Part shown: positions 12,001 to 24,312 of the stretch, in pieces
Layout of the letters: every line of letters begins with the position of its first letter
How positions within the stretch are numbered: the stretch's first letter is position 1
NCBI GenBank assembly: GCA_965603825.1
Contig: CBFDEM010000056.1
Location: forward strand, 1-64,000
Length of the DNA: 64,000 nucleotides
Direction of reading: 5' to 3'
Source: Blepharisma stoltei ATCC 30299
Lineage: Eukaryota > Protista > Ciliophora
Program-made: the position numbers and the translations under genes
Notes under the pieces: model-generated
Told to the model about the DNA's origin: nothing
Seen by the model: only the letters and a program-made list of their open reading frames with translations
Database searches by the model: none

Positions 12001-14780
12001 ATTATCGACCCTGAATATTGCAGAGGAAACAGCCAGAAGTCAACTGAATGAGAGTATCCAAGGTAGAGCTGACTGTCATTATATTGGGTTGGAGGAAATT
12101 GAGCATATGAACTACCAGTGAAGTATAAACCTCTGTAAGGCAATATCTTAGGATCATTATCATCATAAGTAGAATAGTAGTCATCCTTGCTGCCCAAGTA
12201 CATTATAAGCTGATTTGCACTGTCAGTTTGGCTGTTTGATATACTTGTAAAGACATAGTCTACAATTATTGACGTGCGACTTGCGTCTCCACAACCATAA
12301 GGACAGTAAGGTGTGCAAATTCCTTCTGAGGTCAAGTACCGTCCAGTAGGGCATGAGCTGCATTCAAGCATATATGGCCAGTTGCATTTACTGCAGTAAC
12401 TGCTACATTCAACACATGTTCCTGATACATCATCAAAATTTGCAGATCCACTGTTGCATCCACATAAGTCAGTACCAACCGTAGCATCAGTATAGCATTG
12501 GGTGCACGTCTCTGTCTCATAGACAGAGCACGTATAGCAGCCCGGATCATTACAAAGATTACAAGTAGTGGCACTTATGCATCCATATTTGCATGTGCTC
12601 ATGCAAGGCAAGCATGATCCATAGTAGCCGTAATAATGTATCCCACATTTATCTAAGCATATCAAATTTGATGCAGTGCAGTATGTACATCCAGAACAAC
12701 TCGTTGAAAAAAGCTGAGAAATCTTGTATGAGGACGCAGCTTCTGACATGTACACCATTTCATAGATGAAGCCTTTAAAATAATTAGAAACCGCAGAGTT
12801 CTTCCTTGTAGCTCCAAAAGTGACATAACTGGGAAGAGCTGGCTCCATTACTCCATCATATATATTAAATATAAAAGTCCTATCATTGAAGTTATAGGCT
12901 TTCCAATATGTAGTTCCACGTATAAAAGTTATTAAAACTGTAAGATAGACTCAGGAGTGCTTTGGAATATCAAAAAAGCTCATGGTTGGTTCCAAAATAT
13001 AGACGTAATCCTTCTTAGGGTCTGGATTTATCATAATTGCCAAGACTAGTGAAGTATCAGTGATCTCAATTTTAAGTACGGAGTTGCTATGATCATCGAC
13101 AGCGCTTAGAATGGATTGGGTGTTAGTCCCACCTTCATTTCTGAGCCAAAACCCATGAGTTTGATAATAGTTAAACATGATTTTATTATCTAGGGCCATA
13201 TATGAGCTCTCTCCGTTAAAGTAATATCCTCTTTGATAAGCTGGAATGGCATCTGAGGAGTCTGCGTTTGGGTAAAACTTTGTAGAATCGCTACCGGAGT
13301 TTAATGAAAAATACCCATATGTGTCTGTAATGGTTCCAGAAATTTCTGATAGGATAAAGTCATATACATAGCCTCCGCTACCTGTGCAGCCATCAGTAGC
13401 TTCATGATACGAAGTCGGGCAAGCTGTTATACAAGTATCATGATGCAAATAAAATCCGGTGCTGCATGATAAACAAGTATAATAATAAGAATCTCCACAA
13501 GTTTCACAATTCCCATAGCAGCTGTAATCTAGCTTGTCGCCATCACCGAATCCAGAACATTTAGTAACGCTTGAGCTATAGCAGAGGGTGCATCTATCTG
13601 AAAACACACAAGGATTTGTGCAGCTTGAGCCACAGGCCCCATCACAAGTTCCTGTAGTCTCTGCATAATGATAAATGTCACATTCGGAAAAGCAATCTCC
13701 TGAAGGTATGCACAGGCTGTTACAAGAATTGGTACAAGTTCCATAGAATGCTGAAATGTCTGTTACGGATAAAGCATCTATATAATAAGAAATCTTTGCA
13801 ATAAACCCAGTCCACCCTACCCCGCTTCCTGTATTCGGGTCTTGTGAATAGCCAATATAAAATGGTCCTTCATCGTCCCATATAAGCTTTTCGTCTCCAT
13901 CGTAAGAATTTGTGTCAACAAAGGCGTTATTCATATAAAATTTTGACTCGAAAGCTCCATTGGCTTTTGAAAATGTAAATACATAATTATTCCAAACTTG
14001 AACCCCTCCTGTAGCATAAGAATAAGCTGAAAAATCGTTTGCGCCGTTTTTTAGGTGGGTTCATTCATAATAAATATAGCCAGCAACGGTTCTTATTCCC
14101 CATATCTTGTTGCCTTGGCTATCAAACTTTTTGAATAAGCTCTGGTCAGCATCGCTAATCTGGTAGGCCCAAATTGAAAAAGTATGGTCTACATTCAGTC
14201 TAAACCCAACTTTTGAGATGCTATTTGGTGGCATCTGCATGTAGGAGCTTGATGAATCAAAGTAATATCCCCTGTCTTTGGTGGGGAAAGGATCATTACT
14301 ATCATAGTCTGGGTAAAATCTGTATGGATCGTTTCCACAGACTAAGCAGTCCCCACTATCGCTGTTAATTTCGAGGAATCCTTTGATTTTATCAAAACTA
14401 ATATCAAACACTGGCGAAGAAGTTCCCTTTTCACAAGTTCAGGCTCCCGTATAGCTAAAGCCATCTGGACATACAGTTAAGCATTCACCCGCTAAAAGAA
14501 AGTATCAACTTTTGCACTCATCGCAGCCATTATAGCTTGTGCTTGAGCATTGAAGACAGCCTGAAGGGCATGTGGTCACGCCCAATAGATCGCGCTGCGT
14601 TTTTTCTGATAGGTTTTCAAGCTCTTCATCAGCTTTTGGAATTATATCTATGCTTTTTGAGGGAGGCTTAAAAATGGAATTTAGAGTTTCTGATATACCT
14701 GCTTGAGGATTGACTGCTTCAGAATTTCAAATTTTAAAGAAAATTGCGAGTAAGCTTAAAGTAAAAAATTTGGTTATCAT
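3012..14780 (-). CDS. Giant (~3,922 aa) Cys-rich (furin/EGF-like) plus LamG/ConA-like multidomain secreted or surface protein, 3'-truncated by the telomere
   Basis: Ten track ORFs (14411, 13934, 12848, 11723, 10472, 9365, 6821, 5222, 4433, 4178) share one frame and are separated only by TGA (at least 13 in frame). I read the gaps and found no TAA/TAG. ATG at 14780 gives a signal-peptide-like MITKFFTLSLLAIFFKIWNSEA. Nine modules with RG(L/Y)YF...H.....W...F.G(Y/F)IY alternate with CxxC arrays. The stop TAG lies in telomeric repeat. Confidence 0.9.
3042..3575 (-). repeat. Intragenic near-identical repeat, copy of ~8575-9110
   Basis: Shared CKCNGYAYYNGNECE.CGDLCVSCDSTGCLKCADTTNMH...WASSDTW.CEACFKECEKCTGSSTNKCT...LLLSEGFC at both protein and DNA level. 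Boundaries approximate. Confidence 0.85.
6195..6850 (-). repeat. Intragenic near-identical repeat, copy of ~8820-9470
   Basis: Shared GCGCQACTDSDQCLS.C.VSESYNKDQ...CGTLCSSCSDKENCDKCLDDNTMSID...NDGLYYDTTS. Boundaries approximate. Confidence 0.85.
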
Positions 14781-15819
14781 TTATTATAAAAACGGTGATA
14801 AGCTTAAATATGCGGTTAAATATGAAACTTAGAACTTAGTTTCAAGAAATAATGATATTTCGCTTATGCCTAAGTCTGAAGAAGCCATTAGAATTAATTA
14901 TTGAAAGAGTTTTATAATCCTTAAAAATTTGTATGGAAGGCTTTGACTAGTTTTTAAATCGGCTATTTTTAATTTTACTGATCTCATTTTAGTTAAAGAA
15001 CTAGATTAAATAAAAATGATAAAAAATTAAAATAAATGGGATTTTATGTATTATCGTCGTTCAGCCTAATAATTTTAAGTTAAATAGAATTTATATAGGT
15101 GTTTTTTAAAGCAGTGCTCTTCTCTAACTTAAAATTAAGCAAAAAATTAATTAAAATGAATTGACCTATTTCGCCAGGCTATATAAAATCTTCCAGCACT
15201 TTTGTATTAATCTATTAAAAAATAAAAATTCAAAATAAAAATAAAAATAGAACATCTTAAGAAAATTTAAATAATTGTGGATTTTAGAAATATTACGATA
15301 AATTTTTAAATCAAAATCTACTGTTAATAACTAATTTTTTACAAAAATTTTTAGATCCAGATCCTTTAAAACGAAGAAAATCGGTTTAATCAAAGATGGG
15401 TAGCTAAAATATTGTATAACTTTTTAATCATTTTGACTTGTCTTTTATCTTGAAGCTGCTTTGTTTAATTTTTTTCTTTTAATGGCATTTGAGGTATACT
15501 TTTAATTTACTTTCGTTCAACTCTTTATTGCCTAGTCATTAGAGGCCTTACAAAAATGAAGCAATCCATCTGGTTTTAATTTAGAAAGCAATCTATCCGA
15601 TTAAAAGTTTATTATATGGCATTTTGAGGCTTCTTAATGCTTATTTGTCTATTAATTTAGTTAAGCATTAAATAATATTTAGATTATTTATGCTATATTT
15701 ACTTAAGCATATATTTTTACTAATTATTCGATTAAGGCTTAAGCTAGTATATGAGAAGCAATTTGAAAACAAAGAAACTCTTTCGCAATTAGAATATTTA
15801 TTGTTATATAAGAAGATTG

Positions 15820-18420
15820 TTAGTATCGAAAAATGACTTGACTTGGCCGATTTGGTGAGAAATTTCCATTAGAATTTGAAATTTCGATTTTGCAAACATC
15901 TGGAATTAATCCTGGGTCATTTATAATAGATCCTTGAATAACTCTATTATCAATCAATATCTCTACTTGTTTAGGAAGGCTTGAACAGCCATATATTTTT
16001 ATATTCGAAATATGCGGAAACTCATTTTCAGACTCATATTTACTATTTATAGGCTGAATATCCAATATATCAGTCGAGTAATTCATAAACCTCCAGTGGT
16101 AATCCATTCTAGTATAGTTTCCCTCATTAATTGTTCCAGATGAAATCCCATCATCAAAAACAGCTCTTCCTGCTGCTTCCAGATTAGAATTTAATGCAAC
16201 CAGTAGAGTTATATTAGAGTTTCTGAGTTCTTCTACACTTAAAGCAGTGTCTGCAGAGTCTAGTAGAGGAATTATAGATCCACCTCTCACATGAATATTT
16301 ATAAGCCCATGCAAAGGCATTTCTAAAGATATAACATAAGTTTTATCTAGCTTTATGCGAGCTCCACTATAAAAATTATATCAAATATCACCTGGAAAAT
16401 AAGAATCTGCCCTGCTTACCCCTTTCCACAAGCATGGGTGAACTATTAATGATTTTCCTAGCATAAAATGGTTAATCACATTTTCATACAATATTCTATC
16501 ATATGGATAACTAAAAAATGTAGGCTTAAAAAACATTTCTCCTGAAAAACTGGTAAAAAACATTTCAGTATAGATATAAAGCATAAGAAAATATCGATTT
16601 CTTATAGCCATATTAGAAGTCTCAAGCATATTTGTTCCAAAAGCCCAAGGTTCTTGAGGAAGAGCTTGATTATCATTATGGTTTCTTGCGAATGGATAAA
16701 GTGACCCCAGCTGCATCCACCTTGTACATAATTCTTCAGTGGTATCTCCAATAAATCCACAAATATCAGCACCTACATGAGGAATCCCAAACATCCCAAA
16801 ATTGAAAATTCCTATTATTGAGTATCTCATATACTCCCATTTAGCATAATTATCCCCGGTCCATTTAGAGCCAAATCTCCCATGTCCAGGGAAACTGCTT
16901 CTTGTTAAGACAAAAGCTCGCTTATTTAAATTTTCAGTGAAAAATCTATTGGTAGCAATTGTTTCCATGAATCCATATAATGAATGGACATTATATTCCA
17001 ATATTCCTCCATAATGGATTGATGCGACGTCTAAAGAATTTGTATTAATATCTTCTCCAGGAGTATATGGCATTGTGGTGCTATTAATGATTGTTGCTGG
17101 ATGGCCGAAATCTCCATTAATAAAATTGCTTGCTTCGTTCATATCGATTCATATACCAGAAAATTCAGTCAAATTATAGAAGCCAATTAGCTGGTCGACC
17201 CAAAAATCTGAAGTATTTGGATGAAACCAGTCTAAAAATACGGCGTCTCCAGGTCATACTACACCATCAGCAGGGTTTGAGTTGTAAGGATCTTTTATGT
17301 ATAGCTCTTTTTGGATCATTTCGTTATAGGCAGAATAGTTTTGTTTAGCAATGCCAGCGTCTATTATAGGGACATAATGCTTATGCAAGCTATGAAGATG
17401 GTCAATTCATGCTAAAAATTCTTCGTGAGGGTATCTGTCAGGATCTAGAGTAAAATCTTCGAATTTTGTCATGTAGTCGATGTCATTTCATATAGAATCC
17501 AACGGGAGTTTATATCTCATATATAAATCCACTATTTTTTCTATTATAGTCAAATTGTTATAGCCTCAATGCGATTGGTGCCATCCTAAAGACCAATATG
17601 GGGCAAGTGCTGGGAAACCTATAACTTCTTGATACTGCCTGACCACATCTGCAGCAGTCGGGCCTACAAAAACATAAAAATCAATTATTCCTCCAGTCGT
17701 CCTATATCCAACATAACTATTCCCTACAAATCCTGTCATTGCATTAGAATTTAACAGAAAGCCTCCAAAGCACTTAAAATCTTCATCAATTGCCACATAA
17801 AATGGGTGAACAGAATACATATTTCCATTAGGGTTATTTCCATCATCAATAGGAGAGCATCTATCTCTAGACCACATAGTATATTCTCCTCTATTTAAGG
17901 TTAAATTTGATACCCTTTCCCCAAATCCCATAATTTTAATATCATAGTCAAGGATATTAAAAAAAGCGATATCTTGGTCATTGTAAGAAAACAAGCTGTT
18001 TGGGTCAAGGTTAAAAATGACTTTTCCGTCAGATTTCCTAATGATGAGGATTCCCAAAGGATCTTCGTCTATCATGACATCGTATTTTGGCTCAAATGTA
18101 GTCTGATTATAAGGGACGACTACTTTTGGGACTTCTCATCTGCTATGTTCTGTGTCTTTTATTTGGATTCTGACTCTTTCTGATGTTTCATAAGTAATAT
18201 TAATTGTAAGCTTTTGAATTGTATGGCTCTTATTTTGATCAGAAATAAGTTTTGAGGAAGGGTTGAAAGAAGCATAAGCTACTATCCCTTGAGAAGTTCT
18301 TGTTATATTCTTAACTGTGTATGGGACTTGGCACTCTTTAAGGATATCTTCGTTTATATATGTTTGAGTGCTTGTACTGATCAGAATCAGGAAAATCAAC
18401 CAATTACTGATCTTCGCCAT
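15820..18420 (-). CDS. Glycoside hydrolase family 31 alpha-glucosidase, secreted or lysosomal, 866 aa
   Basis: Four same-frame ORFs joined by TGA=Trp. Catalytic G-I-W(TGA)-IDMNE, plus I-W(TGA)-NDIDYM, V-W(TGA)-PG, WTGDN, GADICGF, RWMQLG, PFARNH. N-terminal signal peptide; ends in TAA. Confidence 0.95.
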
Positions 18421-18773
18421 TAATTGATTATGTGGGATTCTAAATATCCATCTAATAATCTGATCTAATCTAATTAATTATTAGAAGAAATAAAGCTTAA
18501 AACCAATATAGAACCATGAAAAATAGCATTTTAATACAGTCAAATGTATAAATAAAAGACAATAATTAATAAATTTATAAAAATTTGCATTTTATTATGT
18601 TATTTATTATTTATTTTAATTTCTGTATGGAATAATTGCTTTTAAAGAATTTATTTTACTATCAATAAGATATAATTTCACTATAATAGACATGCATAAT
18701 TTTCCATATACAAAAAAGAGAATTGAAAATTTTTCATTAATAAATTTTTAAGTCTTACTTTAATTCAATAAAA

Positions 18774-20342
18774 ATGGGAATTATTTATTTGATTTTTTAT
18801 TTTTCTGTTTTAATTTCAGCTTGTGCATCAACACAATTTGATGAGAACAAAAACATTTTTAAAAATTCTTCTGAGGCTTCAGGCTTTCTCTCAAAGTCTT
18901 CAAGCTTAGTGCAAAACTACGAAAAACTAATTTTTGAGCAAATTGATTTTGAAAAATCAAGCAGAAACTTAAATGTCACAAATACTACAGACTCTCCTAA
19001 ATGAATTGATACAAAAGGTACCAGCCCTGCTCAAGCGTATATATGTATTGCAACTCTCATTATTTACGGGTTTTTATTAATTCTTAGTTGAAAAAAAGAT
19101 AAAAAAGAAGCAAAGGAAGAAAGTGAACTCATAATTAAAAAGAAAGGAACCCCAATTAAGCTGGAAGTAACCAAAAAATATATAGAAAATACTAAAGAGT
19201 TTAGGAGCTTTTCTATAATTTTTGAAGACAAGAATAAACTTATGGAAAAAAAAATATTCGATTTAGGAGAAACAGAAAGAGAGAATAGCCAAGAAAATGA
19301 AAATAAAGAGAGTGAAACAAATTACGAGAGAAAAATAGAGAATGCATCGAATAATTCTAATATAAAGGTTGACAAGTCTGATTACAAGGAAAATGATCAA
19401 GAAATAATTTATGAAAACGAAAATATTGAAGAAAAAAGCAATGAAAACTTAAATGATCCTCAAAATAAAGAAAACTTAGGAAGAAATCTTGACACTCAAA
19501 ATCAAAATGAAATGAATGAAGACATAGAAGGCAATGTTAGCCTTTCTTTTCTAGCGCCTGATGAAGTTTATATTTACAAGCAAGAAACCAAAAAGGATGA
19601 AAAGCTTACATATTCTCTTTTTCTTACCAAAAAGTCTGAAGATAAGCCTAAAACTTCATGAAAAGTCAAAGTAAAAAAACATCATAGTCTTTTATCTATT
19701 TTTTATTATAAAAATCCTAGAAGAACAAGGCTGTTTTTTGTTACCCTATACACTTTAGTTCTGATAGGACAAATGCTTTTTATAGGTTTATTCTATCTGA
19801 ACACTCACACTTCCACTGTAAAAACTGTCAAAGATACTAACACTTCTGATCAAAAAAAGAAGCCTAAAACCCTCGATTATGGAGCTGATGACTTTTTCAT
19901 AATGCTTTTTTGCGTTTTTGTGATGCTTGTTATTATGATTATTATTGACTTGATGTGTCTAGAAAGAGAAATTAAAGAAAATATGAGCGCAGATTATTCT
20001 AATAAAATTAGAAAAACAAATTTTAGATGAAGAATTGCTGGTTTAGTAATTTGCTGAGGATTAATCGGCTTATTTTGCTGGGTTATTATACAGCTCTGTA
20101 ATGATTATGAAAAAAGTATAAGCATGGTGTGGCTGACCAGCACACTTATAAGCTATGCAATTAAGATCTGTATTTTTTCTTTTTTTGAAAATGATCTTGT
20201 GGCTTGGTTGGCTTCACTTCCTGAGAAACTTAGAAAATATTTTGAAAGAAAGCATGAAATGGAAGATCAGGAAATTGATGATAATAACGAAGCAGTAAAA
20301 GATAAGAAAAAGTATAATGAGCAAGTTGAAGAGATAGCATAA
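18774..20342 (+). CDS. Multi-pass membrane protein, 522 aa, with signal peptide and an acidic Asn/Glu-rich loop
   Basis: Four same-frame ORFs joined by TGA. Several hydrophobic segments. KHHSLLSIFYYKNPRRTRL resembles the H..LS.F....TR motif of polycystin-1/REJ-like membrane regions. Confidence 0.75.
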
Positions 20343-20719
20343 TAAAGAAAATAATAATGAAGCTAATTTATAACACAGTCTGTTTGTATTCAATAGGATT
20401 TATATGGGAGGTCAAATATATTTTAATCTAAAGAAATATTATCGTGGAGAAAATTTATATTTTTGAAATTATGAATCTATAAAAATATATTTTATCTCTA
20501 AAGTAAAATGATTATTAAGTTTATATAAATATATTTTTCTGTCTAAATACTTAAACCAAAACATTCTTAACTATTATACCTTTATATTTTTCTTAAAACA
20601 ACTCTCTAAATCTAAATACTTAAATCATTTTTATATTTAATTCTTTTTACCTATAATTCACTTTCTTCCTTCCAAACCCCCACCCAGCTCTCTTAAAAAA
20701 CGCCTACTTCGCAATAATA

Positions 20720-22789
20720 ATGGAATCCAGCTTATATGCTCTTTTGTTAGCAATTTTTATCGACACAATCCTTTTCTCTATTTTCTTTGGTTTCTTTGTA
20801 GTGTATCGAAGACTCAGAAGTCGCCCTCTTGAAGTTGATATCGAAGACATCGAAATAAAAGAGCCTTATATAAACGAATCTCGATATGATGTTTTAGATA
20901 TTTTTCGGATTGTTAAGAACATGCAAGATATGGACTTTTTCAAAAGCCTAGGAGAGTGAGGATATCTTTACTTAGTCCTCCATCGGTATATGCAGCAAAT
21001 TTTTTATTCAAATTTGATTATAGGCGTTGGAGTCTTGGGAATTATTTATGCATGTGGGACTTCTGAAGTAGATGGAGGGTTAGATTATGTAAGCATTGAG
21101 CATGTTATTGATGACGATTATATGCTCATTGCTCCTGCGTTTTGTATATTTATTTTCTCATTTGTGATTTATTATTACATTTATAGCTTTTACCAACAGA
21201 CCCTTAAGTCAGATTTTTCAACTATCGCAAATTTGCCACAAGAATACACTGTTTATATGACAAATATTCCGAAAGACTACCCGCCTGACCAATTATCGGA
21301 AAAACTTTTTGTATGGTTTCGAGAAAATTATGGAAAAGGGGTTAGACATGTATATGTTGTCCCTAATTATTTTAATGCTTACGAGCTGTTTTTAGAATAT
21401 GATGAATTAGCTAAAAATTTGAAATTTTACCTTCATGAGCTGGAAACCAAACAAATTCGACCAAGAATATGGGTTTTTGATAAATGCCCCAAAAAAGTAG
21501 ATGCTATTGATTACACAAGAGACAGAATGACAAAACTATATGAAGGAATAGAAGACGCCAAAGCAAAGGGAAAAGGGATCAACTGTGGAGCATGCTTTGT
21601 AGTCTGTGGAAATAAAGCTTTAGCAAGAGAATTGTCAGAGCCTTATATTGCCAGAAATGAAGAACTGCACAGCGAAAAATGGAAAAAAAGAATGGCCCCA
21701 GCTCCTTCTGACATTAAATGGGAAAACATTGGTTTAACAGCTGCTGACACTTTTTTACAGCGACTATTTTATAATACTTTATTTATTGTTTTATTCCTTG
21801 GCATTTTTACAGAAACTGCTATTGAAAGATATACAGACGCATTACTTGAGTCTTTTAGTGCTCCAGACTGGCTGAACGATATTTTGATCCTTTATATCCC
21901 TTCCCTTTTATTACTTTTCTATCAGCAGGTCATTTTACCTGAAATTGTGGATTTTTTGATTTATCTTGAAAAACATGACAATAACGCTGAAGCCACTTCA
22001 AGTGCGTTCAGAAAATATTTATTTTATTTAATTTTTTACGTTTTCTTTTACCCACTTTTAGGACTTGAAATTTGGGAAATTTTTGAAGTCATTTTTGATG
22101 TTGACAAAAACTGAAATGACGTGTTTGCTGATGGGATTTTAGATGCAGGAGAATTTTTTATTATTTTTATGGTCCACCAAGCGTTTATTAAAAATGGGCT
22201 TGATTTATTAGTCCTTGCGAAGTATGCTAAAGTAAAAGCAAGGATGATCTTAGCTACCACATCTATTGAAAGTGCCCTGGCATATCAAGCTGACGATTTC
22301 AGGTTTCCTTTTGAGTTCGCTGTAACATTGAATACTTATATAATCGCTGCCACTCTTTCTATTGTGTATCCTTTTATTTTGCTCCCAGCAGCACTGTTTT
22401 TCTTTATGAGGGTAATTGTTACTTAGTATATTGTCCATAAGCATAATTTATTATGCGTATTTTTTGTCAATAAAAGCTCATCAGCGATTTCTGTGCTATT
22501 TTTGGTACTAGTTGGACTATCAATTTCTGCATATTTTATGCAGATTTCGACAGCAAGCACAATGTATAAAAATAATAAAGACGGGTATTTGATTTTTAAC
22601 GCTTTTATGAATTGTTTCACAGTTGTTCTATTTATAGCCTTAGCCTTTGTGTTTTACTCGCTGGCTGGGAAAGGAAGATCAAAGAGCTACAAAGAGGAGG
22701 AAGAAGAAAAAATTCTGATTAAAGTGGATCCAAGGCTATATGAGCATCCACTGGATACAGCTATTTTGGAAGATCATCGAATTGAATAA
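20720..22789 (+). CDS. OSCA/TMEM63 (CSC1-like) mechano/osmo-gated cation channel, 684 aa, one intron
   Basis: YTVYMTNIP, APAPSDIKWENI and P.ILLPAALFFFMR|YIVHKHNLLCVF after removing intron 22412-22426. Two TGA=Trp. Confidence 0.88.
22412..22426 (+). other. 15-nt spliceosomal intron GTAATTGTTACTTAG
   Basis: Removal restores the OSCA motif; A at -6. Confidence 0.85.
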
Positions 22790-22824
22790 TAATTAATAAT
22801 TACATGATACATTCTTATTTTAAA

Positions 22825-24096
22825 CTAAAAATCTTCTTCATCGCCTTCGCTGTCATCGTTTGGACCACTGGAAGAAGCCCTATGATTAGGTACTCTAAGT
22901 TTTAAGGAATATTCCAATTTTGCACTCTCATATTCTTGTCTTTTCTGAGGAAAATGATAAAGCAGAATTTCATCATAAATTAAGTCTTTTAGTTCTCTGA
23001 TATTCAAAACTCTTCTTTCAAACTCAAAATCAAAGCCAGAAACAGGACTCCTCACAGGCTCATCCTCAGGATAATGTAAAGTTTCTAAATAAGGGTGCTC
23101 TAATGCTTCATTTATTGTAATTCTTTTGGCTGGGTTAAATGCGAGGAATTTTTTCATTAAATTGATAGCATCTGGATTGCAGCCTTGGAAAACAGTTTCA
23201 AAGGGTTTTTTTGGCCTTTTTGGCATTCTTGATACTTTGTCTCTTCCTCTGACATGAGGAATGCAGGAGATGTCCTCGTCTGTAGGGCTGCCTATTATAT
23301 CAAATATCAGCTCTAACTGATGATTTGAGTCATTTCCTGGCAAAAGTGGCTTTCTTAGTAGTAATTCTGCAAAAATGCATCCAATTGACCAGATGTCAAT
23401 AGCAGTTGTGTATTTTTTGTATCCTAACAGCACCTCAGGAGCTCGGTACCACCTAGTAGCTACATAATCTGTCATTTGCGAACCTCTTATTTTCATATCA
23501 TCTATAAACGGCCGAGCTAATCCAAAATCGCAAATTTTCAAGTCACAGTTCGAATTTACTAATAAATTCCTAGGCTTTAAGTCTCTGTGCAATATGTGTG
23601 CTGAGTGAATATACTTTACTCCTCTTAAGATTTGATATAAAAAAAATTGGCAATGCTCATCAGATAAAACCTGTGGAGACTTGATTATAGAGCTCAAATC
23701 AGTCTCCATTAGTTCGCTCACTACATATATTTCATCAAACTCATCCCTTGACAAAGGCAATTGGATTGTTTTGATTCGACACACGTTTTCGTGTTCTAGC
23801 AAGCGGAGAATTATTAGTTCTCGCAGTGTTCGCTTTGTGAAGGTAGAGTGTTCAAAAGATTTTTCAATCTTTTTTATTGCGACAAGTTCACCTGATATTG
23901 TGTCTCGGGCTGAAACTACAACGCCATAAGCGCCACTGCCAACAGTGTCACGAATTTCATAGCGGCTGTCAAGTAAGAAGTTCGACCCTAGGATTTTCCT
24001 GGCTTTACGATTGACGGCTGAAGGCCCACCAGTTTGAGAAACTGAGAACTGATTTCTTGCTGACTGAGAAGTGGATAGTTTTCTAACCTTTTCCAT
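22825..24096 (-). CDS. Mitogen-activated protein kinase with TDY activation motif, 423 aa
   Basis: GSGAYGVV, VAIKK, HRDLKPRN, DFGLAR, MTDYVATRWYRAPE, LHYPEDEP common-docking motif. Confidence 0.96.
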   Translation of the reverse strand: MEKVRKLSTSQSARNQFSVSQTGGPSAVNRKARKILGSNFLLDSRYEIRDTVGSGAYGVVVSARDTISGELVAIKKIEKSFEHSTFTKRTLRELIILRLLEHENVCRIKTIQLPLSRDEFDEIYVVSELMETDLSSIIKSPQVLSDEHCQFFLYQILRGVKYIHSAHILHRDLKPRNLLVNSNCDLKICDFGLARPFIDDMKIRGSQMTDYVATRWYRAPEVLLGYKKYTTAIDIWSIGCIFAELLLRKPLLPGNDSNHQLELIFDIIGSPTDEDISCIPHVRGRDKVSRMPKRPKKPFETVFQGCNPDAINLMKKFLAFNPAKRITINEALEHPYLETLHYPEDEPVRSPVSGFDFEFERRVLNIRELKDLIYDEILLYHFPQKRQEYESAKLEYSLKLRVPNHRASSSGPNDDSEGDEEDF

Positions 24097-24312
24097 TTAT
24101 TTTGTGATAGGAAGTGATTAGTTTGATTATAAGTTGCTGAACATCAATTTAACCTTATTATTCTTTTGGCTTTTTTGAATTTTATTAATATAATGGATAT
24201 GCAGTCATAATCTTTAAGATATCTACTTATTTTCATAATTTCCAAACTATTTATGATTACTAAAAATTTTGTATTTTTTGAAGTTATGCTGATTATTACC
24301 TAAATAATACTA

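Noticed and set aside
3012-18420. Operon of separate genes, or nonsense-riddled pseudogenes
   Set aside because: Fragments share a frame and break only at TGA in Trp positions; they are two intact genes.
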